From positions 1 to 20,443 of the forward strand of contig JBAXKK010000045.1 in the NCBI GenBank assembly GCA_037137395.1: 20,443 bases of DNA, written 5' to 3'. Source of the stretch: Elusimicrobiota bacterium. GTDB lineage: Bacteria; Elusimicrobiota; Elusimicrobia; Elusimicrobiales; UBA9959. Below the pieces are notes generated by a model. That model ran no database searches. It was not told the DNA's origin and was given only the letters and a program-made list of their open reading frames with translations. Positions 9,219 through 17,651 of this stretch are shown one piece after another (position 1 is the stretch's first letter; each line of letters opens with the position of its first letter). A program made the translations under genes and the position numbers.

Positions 9219-10493
9219 TTAATTTACCCTAACTTTCCCGGTCAAAAGCATACTCATTAAACTTTTTTTGAGCTCAACCACCTTCTCGAGTCCTTTTTCT
9301 TCCCTATCAATGACTTTGTCAACTTCTTGCGAAATTGCCGCAATTTTCTTCTGCTCAGGAAGCGAAGGAAGTGGGATAGGCATAAAAGACACCTGCTGAG
9401 CGTTCAGGTGTGGTTGAGCAGAACGGGCACTTTGACTTGAGAAATACGCTTGGGCATTTTCTGAAAGAAGATATTCCACACAATACGCAGGAGATATTCT
9501 CGATGAAGGCGAGATGACTAGATCATATCCGGCAACCGCTCCGGCCCATATTTTTGTTACGAGTGCAACATCACCCGTATTCACACCGCTTCTCACCACA
9601 ATAATATCTCCTTCTTCCAAAAAAGGTTTGCGATTAAGTGGAAGTGTTTCACGGTTAACCCTCAGGATATCGTTCTCGACAATCTTATTGCCTTTAATAT
9701 TTGTGGCGCGAATCATCAATACACCGTTCGGGTCGGCAACTGGTGGCTGCCCAAGTCCGTAGCGAACATATACTAACTCACCCAGCCTCGACTCCCTCCA
9801 ATCCACTGGAATTTTCCCTATTTTGGTTTTCTTGAATTTTTTATGACCGATGCCGTGGGTGAGAAGCTGGCACATCAGGCTTTTTTTTAGTTCTTTGGTT
9901 TTTTCAATTTCAGCGTCAACGTTATCAATTAATATGTCTACATCAGATAATATCCGGCCAATATTTTCCTGCTCCTGTGCCGTCGGGACTGGCATTTGAT
10001 ATTCGGCCACATCGCTAGAATTGACAGCAGGGTAGCTTGATCCTGTCATCTTCTCTTCCAGGTATTTCACAAAGGTATCGCTTAATACGTGCTGATACAC
10101 ATAACCGCCATTCACATTTGGCCGAGCGCGAAGCACCGCAAAACCAGTGGAAGCGACAATATTTTCTGACAAGTCGGTAATCCGGGCAAAAGCTTTAAGA
10201 TATGGACGGACTGTAGAAACTATTATATCTCCGGCTTTAACAATTCGCCTGGCACGCGAAGGTGCATCTTTAAATTTCATATCCTTGGGAATCGAAATAC
10301 TCCCGGTGCGTTCTATTGAGGCAATATCAATATATTTCAATTGCGCGTCAGGCGGCGTAGATTCTTTAATTACTTCCGGATTAACCTGGCACAAATCAGA
10401 GATAGTAGCCACGCCCCAATCTACAGGGATTTCTCCGGCGGGTGTCTTTTTCAGCTTCTGCCCCATCTTCAGGCTGCCTATCTGGTTACTCAT
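9219..10493 (-). CDS. hsdS: Type I RM specificity subunit S
   Basis: 424 aa. Two TRDs with duplicated conserved regions (KKTPAGEIPVDW / KKTKIGKIPVDW, PTAQEQENI / PSLPEQKKI, ELKKSLM..LLT twice). Confidence 0.96.
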   Translation of the reverse strand: MSNQIGSLKMGQKLKKTPAGEIPVDWGVATISDLCQVNPEVIKESTPPDAQLKYIDIASIERTGSISIPKDMKFKDAPSRARRIVKAGDIIVSTVRPYLKAFARITDLSENIVASTGFAVLRARPNVNGGYVYQHVLSDTFVKYLEEKMTGSSYPAVNSSDVAEYQMPVPTAQEQENIGRILSDVDILIDNVDAEIEKTKELKKSLMCQLLTHGIGHKKFKKTKIGKIPVDWRESRLGELVYVRYGLGQPPVADPNGVLMIRATNIKGNKIVENDILRVNRETLPLNRKPFLEEGDIIVVRSGVNTGDVALVTKIWAGAVAGYDLVISPSSRISPAYCVEYLLSENAQAYFSSQSARSAQPHLNAQQVSFMPIPLPSLPEQKKIAAISQEVDKVIDREEKGLEKVVELKKSLMSMLLTGKVRVN

Positions 10494-11541
10494 GGGAGTC
10501 TCCTAAGATCTTTTCAAGGAAGGCCAAAGACATTTTCTGGTGCTGTTCAGACTGCAGGCCAGGCGGGGGCGGGGTGCCCACATCAAAACCGGCGCGGGAA
10601 AACTCAGTAGCCACCAGCTCCAGGCTGTCCTGCAGACGGGAACTCTTCATATACTGCGAGGCATCACTTTCTGCCAACTCATCCATAGTCTGCCAAAGGT
10701 TTGAGAGCGCGGCATAAATAGCCGCCCAGTCTAGCCACTTGGGCCGGGCTTCATCAACCGCCGCCGGCGATACAAACTCCCACCATTTCCTGTGGGAAAG
10801 CCAATAATCCACTTTCTTGCCTTTGCGCCTTATAAGCACAAGGCCGGACTTGGACAAGTCCAAAAGCGTCTGGTGAACGCCCAGCCAGAAAAGGCCAATA
10901 GCGTCTGCTATCTCTTTAGGCCGCGCGCCTTCATGGGTAAGCAGATAAAGAATAATCTCGGACTTACCACCCACACCAAAAAGCGAACGCAGCAGAAAGC
11001 GTAAGTTGGCCTTGGCATTTATAGGTGTTTCTTTACCGGCCTTCTGTATTTTAAGGATCGGTCTGTTGAAACCGAATTTAAGAAAAGCCGGGTCAGCCTT
11101 CTCTTTTGAGGTTCCAGGATGGGCGCGGCCGGTTTTATCTTTGAACAAAGCTTCTTCAGCCCTTGCGGAATTTTTCGGACTAAGCTTATCGCAAAGGTTC
11201 ACCAGGTTCTGCCATTTGCGCGAATCCCCGCCGTTATCCAGCAGATGCTGCAGAACGCCGCCCATAAGCCTTGCGGTATTGGTTCCGCGGGCCTCTATAA
11301 TGTTCCTGAGTCTTGGGGTGTCCAGCAACTGGCCGTTCACTTTAAGCCAGGCCAGAATTTCGTCAAACAGGCGGGGCTCATAGCGGCCGATTTCAAGGGA
11401 AAACACCAGCAAAGACTCCGGGTCTATAACCCAGTCCTCTTCGCCGCCAGACTCTCCCAGCAAACCCAAAGCGGACCATTGCCGCCAGAGAAATGTCAGG
11501 AGGCGGTTAAGCAGTTGTTCTCTATATTCTTTCAGCGACAT
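10486..11541 (-). CDS. Protein with an internal winged-HTH (ArsR/MarR-like); probable partner of the upstream nucleotidyltransferase
   Basis: 351 aa. SEIILYLLTHEGARPKEIADAIGLFWLGVHQTLLDLSKSGLVLIRRKGKKVDYWL is wHTH-like; overlaps both neighbouring genes. Confidence 0.7.
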   Translation of the reverse strand: MSLKEYREQLLNRLLTFLWRQWSALGLLGESGGEEDWVIDPESLLVFSLEIGRYEPRLFDEILAWLKVNGQLLDTPRLRNIIEARGTNTARLMGGVLQHLLDNGGDSRKWQNLVNLCDKLSPKNSARAEEALFKDKTGRAHPGTSKEKADPAFLKFGFNRPILKIQKAGKETPINAKANLRFLLRSLFGVGGKSEIILYLLTHEGARPKEIADAIGLFWLGVHQTLLDLSKSGLVLIRRKGKKVDYWLSHRKWWEFVSPAAVDEARPKWLDWAAIYAALSNLWQTMDELAESDASQYMKSSRLQDSLELVATEFSRAGFDVGTPPPPGLQSEQHQKMSLAFLEKILGDSHE

Positions 11542-12112
11542 CGTTATGCCCCATTCCTGTTAGTATTCTTTTAAGTTCGCCCTTGTAGCCTTCGGAAACA
11601 TCATGCGTCATGCTCCACTTGGCGGCGGCAAACAGTTCTTCCGCAGTGGGCTTAAGTTCGAGTAAGTCCGCGTAATGCTTGCCGCCCTGATCAACCGCGG
11701 CGTACAGTTTGAAGTGAATCTGGTCGTAGCGACTGAAAAAGCGCACGGTAAGAAGCGGCCCGTAATGGGCAACCTCGGCCCTTACGAGCACCCCTTCTGG
11801 CAAACCCAAATCCAGCGCGGAAGCTGGGCCGGGGTTGAACCAGTCCTCTTTAAGGCCAAAGTCCCTGGCAACCTTTTCTACGGCCCCGGCGAGGGCAGCA
11901 GGAAAAGGGTCAGGCCTGCTCATAACACCAGCCTCTCCCGCGATCCTAGCCACAACGTCAACGTCCATGGTGGTGCGGGTGACCAAGTGCAAAGCGTGAA
12001 GAGCTGAGCCGCCGCAGACCAGCAGGTCCAGCCTTTCGCTGCTTGTGGCAGCAAGCTGGTCGCCCAATGCGGACAATATCCGGTCTATTTCATCTTTGTT
12101 TTTAAAAGGCAT
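11522..12112 (-). CDS. Nucleotidyltransferase, DUF6036/AbiEii-like (Pol-beta superfamily)
   Basis: 196 aa. VCGGSAL...RTTMDVD (GG-S/A plus DxD) and C-terminal KLYA...KHYADL. Confidence 0.85.
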   Translation of the reverse strand: MPFKNKDEIDRILSALGDQLAATSSERLDLLVCGGSALHALHLVTRTTMDVDVVARIAGEAGVMSRPDPFPAALAGAVEKVARDFGLKEDWFNPGPASALDLGLPEGVLVRAEVAHYGPLLTVRFFSRYDQIHFKLYAAVDQGGKHYADLLELKPTAEELFAAAKWSMTHDVSEGYKGELKRILTGMGHNDVAERI

Positions 12113-12114
12113 AG

Positions 12115-13599
12115 TTAGATTTTATAGCCGAGTTCTTTCAGATAGCCTTCAACTTTAGCTTCGGCGGCCTGGCGCTCTTTTTTTAGTTTGGCCAGGTCGT
12201 TTATTACGGTCTGAACATCTATCACTTCCTCTTCCTCAGCTATATCGATATAGCGCGGGATGTTCAGGTTATAGTCATTGCGGCGAATCTCATCTAGGCC
12301 GACCTGCCGAGAGTATTTTTCAATATTGGAAGTTGAACGATAGGCGTTGATTATCTTGTCGATGTCTTCCTGCCGCAGTCTGTTCTTGTTTTTAAGCTGC
12401 GCGAAGTCCCTCGCGCCGTAAATAAAGAACACTTTACCCTTCCTGTCTGCGGGCTTGTTCTTGTTTATTATGAACAGGGCGGCGGGAATGCTTGCACCGT
12501 AAAACAGGTTCTGCGGCAGACCGATAACGGCCTCCACAAGGTCCTCTTCCAATATCCCCTGGCGAATACGGCCCTCGGCGCCGCCGCGGAACAGCACGCC
12601 ATGTGGCAGAACTATACCGGCCCGGCCGGAAGGCTTAAGCGTGGCGATCATGTGCTGAACAAAAGCATAATCGCCGTAACTCTGGGGCGGAACACCGTAG
12701 CGAAACCGGCCAAAGCCGTCGTTTTCAGCCGACTCTATCCCCCAGTTCTTCAGCGAAAAGGGCGGATTGGCGATAACAATGTCGTATTCAATAAGTTTGC
12801 CCTTATTAAGAAGCTTGGGGTCTCTTATGGTATCACCTTTTTCTATGCGCGCGCCGGAAATGCCATGCAAAAGCATATTCATCTTGCAGATAGCCCAGGT
12901 GCCGATGTTACGCTCCTGGCCGTGCAGGACGATATTCCTGGGATTTTGCTTTATGGATTTAAGATGATGCACGGCCTGCACCAGCATGCCGCCGGAACCG
13001 CAGGCCGGGTCGCATACATACATACCGGCCTTGGGGTCCAGGATTTCCGTAAGCAGGGTGACGACTTCCTTTGGCGTGTAGAATTCCCCGCCTTTTTTAC
13101 CGGCATCGTCGGCGAACTGGGCGATAAGGTACTCGTAGGCCCGGCCAAGAATATCCGGCTCGGCCAGATTGTCATTGCGGAGGCTGAGCCCGGAAAAATG
13201 GAGAATAAGCCTGGAAAGAGTTTCATCCGACAGGCGCTCTTTATCGTTAAAGTCCGTAGCGGAAAGAACATCCTCAAGCACCCGGTTTTCCTCTTCAAGA
13301 ATATCGTTGGCCTTGTTTATGGCGTCGCCCAGGTTGTGGGTGAGGGATGCCAGGTGTTTCCAATTAGCCTTGGTGGTAACAAAGAACTCATGCTCGTCCG
13401 GATCCTCGTAAGCTATTTTCTTATTGCCGGTTTCCTTTATGATCTTTTCGGCTTCTTCCTCAAAGACATCGGAGATACGCTTAAGGAATAGCAGGCCAAA
13501 AATATAATTCTTGTAGTCTGAGGAGTCTATGCTGCCGCGCAGTATATTGGCGGATTCCCATAGATGGGCTGTAAGCTTTTCAAGATCTAGTTTTTCCAT
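12115..13599 (-). CDS. hsdM: Type I RM N6-adenine methyltransferase M subunit
   Basis: 494 aa. LWESANILRG N-terminus, GEFYTP, DPACGSGG (SAM binding), NPPF catalytic motif, YNLNIPRY. Confidence 0.97.
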   Translation of the reverse strand: MEKLDLEKLTAHLWESANILRGSIDSSDYKNYIFGLLFLKRISDVFEEEAEKIIKETGNKKIAYEDPDEHEFFVTTKANWKHLASLTHNLGDAINKANDILEEENRVLEDVLSATDFNDKERLSDETLSRLILHFSGLSLRNDNLAEPDILGRAYEYLIAQFADDAGKKGGEFYTPKEVVTLLTEILDPKAGMYVCDPACGSGGMLVQAVHHLKSIKQNPRNIVLHGQERNIGTWAICKMNMLLHGISGARIEKGDTIRDPKLLNKGKLIEYDIVIANPPFSLKNWGIESAENDGFGRFRYGVPPQSYGDYAFVQHMIATLKPSGRAGIVLPHGVLFRGGAEGRIRQGILEEDLVEAVIGLPQNLFYGASIPAALFIINKNKPADRKGKVFFIYGARDFAQLKNKNRLRQEDIDKIINAYRSTSNIEKYSRQVGLDEIRRNDYNLNIPRYIDIAEEEEVIDVQTVINDLAKLKKERQAAEAKVEGYLKELGYKI

Positions 13600-13640
13600 A
13601 ATTATAAAACCCCTTACGTTAAAGCTGTGGAGACACTTAT

Positions 13641-13669
13641 AGCATAGCAGATGTATTTGATTATGTCAA
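13641..13669 (-). promoter_or_regulatory. Sigma-70 promoter for the hsdM operon
   Basis: Minus strand reads TTGACA-N17-TATGCT with TG at the extended -10 position, about 40 bp upstream of the hsdM ATG in an AT-rich intergenic region. Confidence 0.8.
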
Positions 13670-13849
13670 TGGTTTATACTTTGATTATAGTTATACTATC
13701 TATATTAATATATTTAAACACTTTTATACCTTAGAATAGCCTGTTTACACAAAATGGGATAGAGGCCATATGCTGGAAATTTAATAGATTGCGGTATTAG
13801 CCCAGAAGCTGCCACCAAATTCCTGACGGGATTAGGCTTTGCGGCATTT

Positions 13850-14065
13850 TCAGCAATCTATCCACCCATGTCGCTCCCCAACATCGCCATCACGCTGCCG
13901 GGGGTTTGTGTAGCCCTGCGCCGCCATCACGGACTTAACGGTCTTCTCCAGCGCCGCCTTGTTGGCGGTCGCTAGGCGGAAGATCTCGGGCATTATAGAC
14001 TTCTTTATTGTCGCACCCAAAACGATTATCTCTTTGCTCACGGCGGCTTCGTTTTTGCTTTTCAT
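13850..14065 (-). CDS. Small hypothetical protein (71 aa, MKSKNEAAVSKEII...)
   Basis: ATG at 14065 with a strong AGGAGGAGG RBS, directly downstream of the palindrome/-10 promoter at 14093..14128. Confidence 0.65.
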   Translation of the reverse strand: MKSKNEAAVSKEIIVLGATIKKSIMPEIFRLATANKAALEKTVKSVMAAQGYTNPRQRDGDVGERHGWIDC

Positions 14066-14092
14066 ACGCCTCCTCCTGGCCAGGATGTTGAA

Positions 14093-14128
14093 ATAGTATA
14101 CACCGCCAACCCGACAGCGTCTTGTCGC
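14093..14128 (-). promoter_or_regulatory. Putative WYL-activated promoter, copy A
   Basis: Minus strand: GCGACA-AGACGC-TGTCGG-GTTGGCGGTG-TATACTAT. Confidence 0.8.
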
Positions 14129-14473
14129 TTTGAAATATTTTTTTGGGGCCCAAAAAGGCCATAAGGACGGCGGCTTGGATGCCGGGAGGGGCAAGCTTTT
14201 TTAGTGTTCTGCCATGATGCCGTTTTAGGGGTTACACAAAGGTGTCTTGGTGCGTACTTTCAAAACTGTACCGGAACTGACCAGCCCGACCCGGAGCTCA
14301 TGGCCGGAGTTTGGCACAAAAGCGGATGGACTGGATCCGAGGGGCTGAGGAAATATAGAGGCGTTTGGGCATGTGATGGATGGACAACCAGCTTGGCCTT
14401 AAGCAAGCCGCATTGCGTCTAAACCCGGACTCCGGTACCAGGCTTAACCAGAAACTGATGCTTAAAATCCTGA

Positions 14474-14959
14474 TCAGTTTCCCCCCGCCCGGGCCATATG
14501 CCCATCGCGACAGAGGAACCTTGCCGGCAAGGTCTTCTGGCGGATCTTAACCGGGAGATTGGACCGGGATGGGATATGGCGGGCCTCATCAAACGAAACC
14601 CCGGACCGACTTTCGCGCTTAAGGTGGTCAAGGGCCAGGCCGTCTATTCGCTTCCAGACATACGATATAAATCTTACGGGCCTTAACACCCCGCCCCGGT
14701 CCCGGTAGTTCAGATCGTATGTTCGGATTTTCTGATACAAGGTCAGGATGGCGGCCGACAACAGGTCGTCGCCATGGCGTTCCAGGTGCCACCTGAAGAC
14801 TTTCGTCCGCAGGCACCACATAAGAAAGCCTATATGGCGCAGCACAAGTTCGTCCCTGGCGGTTTTCCTGCCGGCCTGAGCCGTTGCGATCATGCGCCGT
14901 TCCTGCGCAAGTGAAAGTTTAGGATAGCGCCGGGCCACTTCAAGGTAACCCTCCCACAT
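14474..14959 (-). CDS. Sigma-70-like protein with regions 1.2 and 2 only (no region 4)
   Basis: 161 aa. YLEVARRYPKLSLAQE (region 1.2), ARDELVLRHIGFL (2.1), DDLLSAAILTLYQKIRTYD (2.2), RFISYVWKRI (2.3), then VSFDE and a short tail without an HTH. Confidence 0.75.
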   Translation of the reverse strand: MWEGYLEVARRYPKLSLAQERRMIATAQAGRKTARDELVLRHIGFLMWCLRTKVFRWHLERHGDDLLSAAILTLYQKIRTYDLNYRDRGGVLRPVRFISYVWKRIDGLALDHLKRESRSGVSFDEARHIPSRSNLPVKIRQKTLPARFLCRDGHMARAGGN

Positions 14960-15167
14960 CGTTAAATGATAGCTAAAATGAAACCGGCGGACCCTGCCTG
15001 CCGGCGGGCCAGGATCAAAAAAGCGGTCGATTCAGGCCCTTTTCGGCAACTGAACTGCTGTTAGTGCCAGTCCAAAGGTGTACCGGCCGGGGTGTTGCTT
15101 TGACGGAATGCTGGTTTGCTCTGGAATACGCAGACAAGGTCAACCACGAAAGCTGAATGCAGGCTTT

Positions 15168-15176
15168 TGTTATAAT
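15168..15176 (+). promoter_or_regulatory. Extended -10 element upstream of the WYL gene
   Basis: TGTTATAAT matches TGnTATAAT, about 80 bp upstream of ATG 15255. Confidence 0.5.
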
Positions 15177-15254
15177 ACCTCTATGAGCGGAGCTGCTGAG
15201 TTGACGGCTCCCAATTATGCTATCTATAAATAGTTGCTACTTCCCAGGGGTAAT

Positions 15255-16268
15255 ATGTCATCAAAGAAAAACACCGAACATAAAAAAGATTTTAAAAAAC
15301 TCGCCATCCGAACTGGCAAAAGCTCCACAAAAAGAAGCGATGGGGACAGGCAACATTATAGAGTCGGCAAGATTCTGAACCGTTTGGAAGATGGTCCCAT
15401 ACATCTTAAATCCTTGGCTGGTGAATATCGCGTAACAAAACGCTCTATTGAAAGAGATTTAGATAAGATAGAGTTATACGGCTATGGCATTATAATCCCG
15501 AAAACAGGTTGGAGACAATTCGCCCCCGGCGTAAGCCTTAAAAAGGGCAAGTTAGACATACAGCAGCAGGCCGCCCTCGTCATTCTTCACGAAATATCCC
15601 GGAACCTGGGCGCTTCAATGCATAAATCATTTGGGACCATATTCAAACACCTGATGGAATGCGACCCTGGGGAATCCAACATAATCCCCATAATGCCCAA
15701 GCTCATCAACACTAAAGACATCCCCTATATAGATAGAATAGATGCCGCCATAGAAAACCGCAGGAAACTTAAAATTGAATACGATTCCGAGGCCAAGGGC
15801 CAAATAGTCAGCCGCCTTATCTGCCCGGTTAAAATACTGATTTCCGAAGGCTTCGCCTATATTCTGGCCATCTCAGAAAACCGGCATGGCAGCCCCATAA
15901 AGTACCGTCTGGACAGGATTAAAGCACTGGAAGACACCCCAGATACATTTACCTACCCTGAGAACCTTTCGGAACTGCTTGAAAAAGCCCGCAGCGTCTG
16001 GGGAATCTTGCCTGAAAAAGAACGCAAAACCCTCGTGCGACTGAAAGTAGAACAATGGGCCGTGGACTACTTCAAACACCAGGAACTGATAGGCGGCCAA
16101 AAAACCAAGGGTGAACTAGACGGTTCGCTCCTTTTTGAAGCGAAAGTCGGCCAGTTAATGGAAATCATACCCCATATACTGCACTGGATACCCTATGTGA
16201 CAGTGCTTGCGCCAAAAGAATTAAAAGATGAAATCCGGGCCAACATACATGAATACCTGAAGAAGTAA
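15255..16268 (+). CDS. wHTH-WYL-WCX transcriptional regulator (PafB/PafC/DriD-like architecture)
   Basis: N-terminal HTH (LAGEYRVTKRSIERDLDKI), WYL domain (AIENRRKLKIEY...ICPVKI...FAYIL...YRLDRI) and WCX tail (ILHWIPYVTVLAPKELKDEI). ATG 15255 with AGGGG RBS is preferred over TTG 15234. Confidence 0.93.
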   Translation: MSSKKNTEHKKDFKKLAIRTGKSSTKRSDGDRQHYRVGKILNRLEDGPIHLKSLAGEYRVTKRSIERDLDKIELYGYGIIIPKTGWRQFAPGVSLKKGKLDIQQQAALVILHEISRNLGASMHKSFGTIFKHLMECDPGESNIIPIMPKLINTKDIPYIDRIDAAIENRRKLKIEYDSEAKGQIVSRLICPVKILISEGFAYILAISENRHGSPIKYRLDRIKALEDTPDTFTYPENLSELLEKARSVWGILPEKERKTLVRLKVEQWAVDYFKHQELIGGQKTKGELDGSLLFEAKVGQLMEIIPHILHWIPYVTVLAPKELKDEIRANIHEYLKK

Positions 16269-16319
16269 TCTCTCCGACAGACACCAGTTTCACTCTGCAA
16301 CAATCTCCCTGTGCATCAA

Positions 16320-16359
16320 GACCGCGACACAATGCTGTCGCGGTCGCTTCTTACACTAT
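16320..16359 (+). promoter_or_regulatory. Putative WYL-activated promoter, copy B
   Basis: GACCGCGACA-CAATGC-TGTCGCGGTC (10-bp arms); TGTCGC-N10-TACACTAT; then AAGGGG RBS and ATG 16381. Confidence 0.85.
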
Positions 16360-16380
16360 ACATATACATAAGGGGATATT

Positions 16381-17598
16381 ATGAGCAACAGCGCGCATTT
16401 TGACAACCAAATAAAACTTTTCAGGAAAGAGTTCCCACCGGCCGATGGCTGGCAGATATATAAAAATGAGAGTTCCTTTTTGTTTAACATTCCGGACCTG
16501 CTGGAAACCGCTCCGGAATCTATAAAGCATTCAGAAATAACGCAGAACGTATCACATGAATCTTCGTATTCTGAAGATAAAGAGACCCCCACCATCACAA
16601 TAAAAAAACTCCGCTGGCTCGGCACCTACCACCTTGTGTGGAACAACGAGTCTATAACGGTACGATCACTCTATTACGAGGATCGTGGTCAATACCCCTA
16701 TTTTCTTATAGCTGTAAAGAATTTTAATGCCTTGAGCAATTTTTACGACGCTATTATTAAACTGGATCTTAAAAAAGGGAAACAGCGCACAAAAATAGTT
16801 GTTCAGACTGTGACCGGCATGAATATTCCCCTGTCGAATGTTTCCTGGAACAATGTAATACTGCCTCCGGCCATGGCGGAAGACTTAAAAGCCGGTGTTG
16901 AAACCTTCTTTCAGGCCAGGGAGATGTACAAGCAATTTGATCTTCCATACAAGCGCGGCTTTATTTTTTCGGGGCCGGCCGGCTGCGGCAAAACGCTTAC
17001 GGCAAAAACAATTCTAGCAACCATGCGCCTGCCGTCATTTCTGCTTACCCCCTCTCCCAGCCAGGATAGGACCGCAAACTGCATACACTGGGCTTTTGAC
17101 GCGGCCGCGAGGCATGCGCCGGCCATTCTTCTTATTGAGGAGCTTGAGAAATTCTCCGACCCGGCCTATATCTCAATGGTTTTAAACCTTATGGACGGCC
17201 TAAGCACGATGAAGGGCGTGCTGGCGATTGCCACCACTAACCACCCTGAAAAAATAGACCCAGCCTTACTACTGCGTCCCAGCCGGTTCGACCGTGTGTG
17301 GAACTTCCCTCTGCCGGATTTAGACTGCCGCCTGCGCCTGCTAAAGAAAAAAGCCAAAGGCTACGTTAATGACCTCGTATTGGAGGAGGTTGCCAGGCAA
17401 TCGTCAGGGTTTTCCATGGCATATGTGCAGGAGATCTTTGCCTCTGCGATTTCCCTGGCGCTCCGGGACGGGCGGGAAGTTTCGGATAATGACTTGCTTA
17501 AAAGCGTTGAATTACTGAAAAAGCAGATAAAATCCGCCCCCGCCACAGCCGCCGAGGTGGGCACAGCCGCTCAATGCCTCGGTTTTGTACAGGAATAA
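16381..17598 (+). CDS. AAA+ ATPase (classical AAA clade, BCS1/FtsH-like ATPase domain) with an unknown N-terminal domain
   Basis: 405 aa. LPYKRGFIFSGPAGCGKT (Walker A), LLIEELE (Walker B variant), TTNHPEKIDPALLLRPSRFD (second region of homology). No protease domain or TM segment seen. Confidence 0.92.
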   Translation: MSNSAHFDNQIKLFRKEFPPADGWQIYKNESSFLFNIPDLLETAPESIKHSEITQNVSHESSYSEDKETPTITIKKLRWLGTYHLVWNNESITVRSLYYEDRGQYPYFLIAVKNFNALSNFYDAIIKLDLKKGKQRTKIVVQTVTGMNIPLSNVSWNNVILPPAMAEDLKAGVETFFQAREMYKQFDLPYKRGFIFSGPAGCGKTLTAKTILATMRLPSFLLTPSPSQDRTANCIHWAFDAAARHAPAILLIEELEKFSDPAYISMVLNLMDGLSTMKGVLAIATTNHPEKIDPALLLRPSRFDRVWNFPLPDLDCRLRLLKKKAKGYVNDLVLEEVARQSSGFSMAYVQEIFASAISLALRDGREVSDNDLLKSVELLKKQIKSAPATAAEVGTAAQCLGFVQE

Positions 17599-17651
17599 AG
17601 GATACTAATTTGTATACTTCAGCAAGGCAGATAAAACGGGAGGGATCCATT

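Noticed and set aside
9219..10493. Phase-variable or shufflon-type hsdS
   Set aside because: Single hsdS, no recombinase or silent TRD cassettes; the short A-runs encode the conserved LKK repeats.
12601..13491. 296-aa plus-strand ORF
   Set aside because: It lies wholly antisense to the well-supported hsdM and has no recognisable motifs; treated as a shadow ORF. The same applies to the many short ORFs antisense to hsdR, hsdS and the other called genes.
16321..16344. Palindromes at 16321 and 18656 as intrinsic terminators or transposon ends
   Set aside because: No U-tract, no transposase or target duplication; the fixed spacing to -10 boxes and gene starts fits operator/promoter sites better.
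17611..17618. TGTATACT upstream of the Cys-repeat gene as a fourth WYL promoter
   Set aside because: The -10-like hexamer is present but there is no TGTCG element or palindrome at the N10 distance.
17574..17651. Longer starts given in the ORF track (17574, also 8217, 14194, 15234, 17925, 18678)
   Set aside because: They overlap upstream genes or promoters or lack an RBS; downstream ATGs have better RBS or promoter support.
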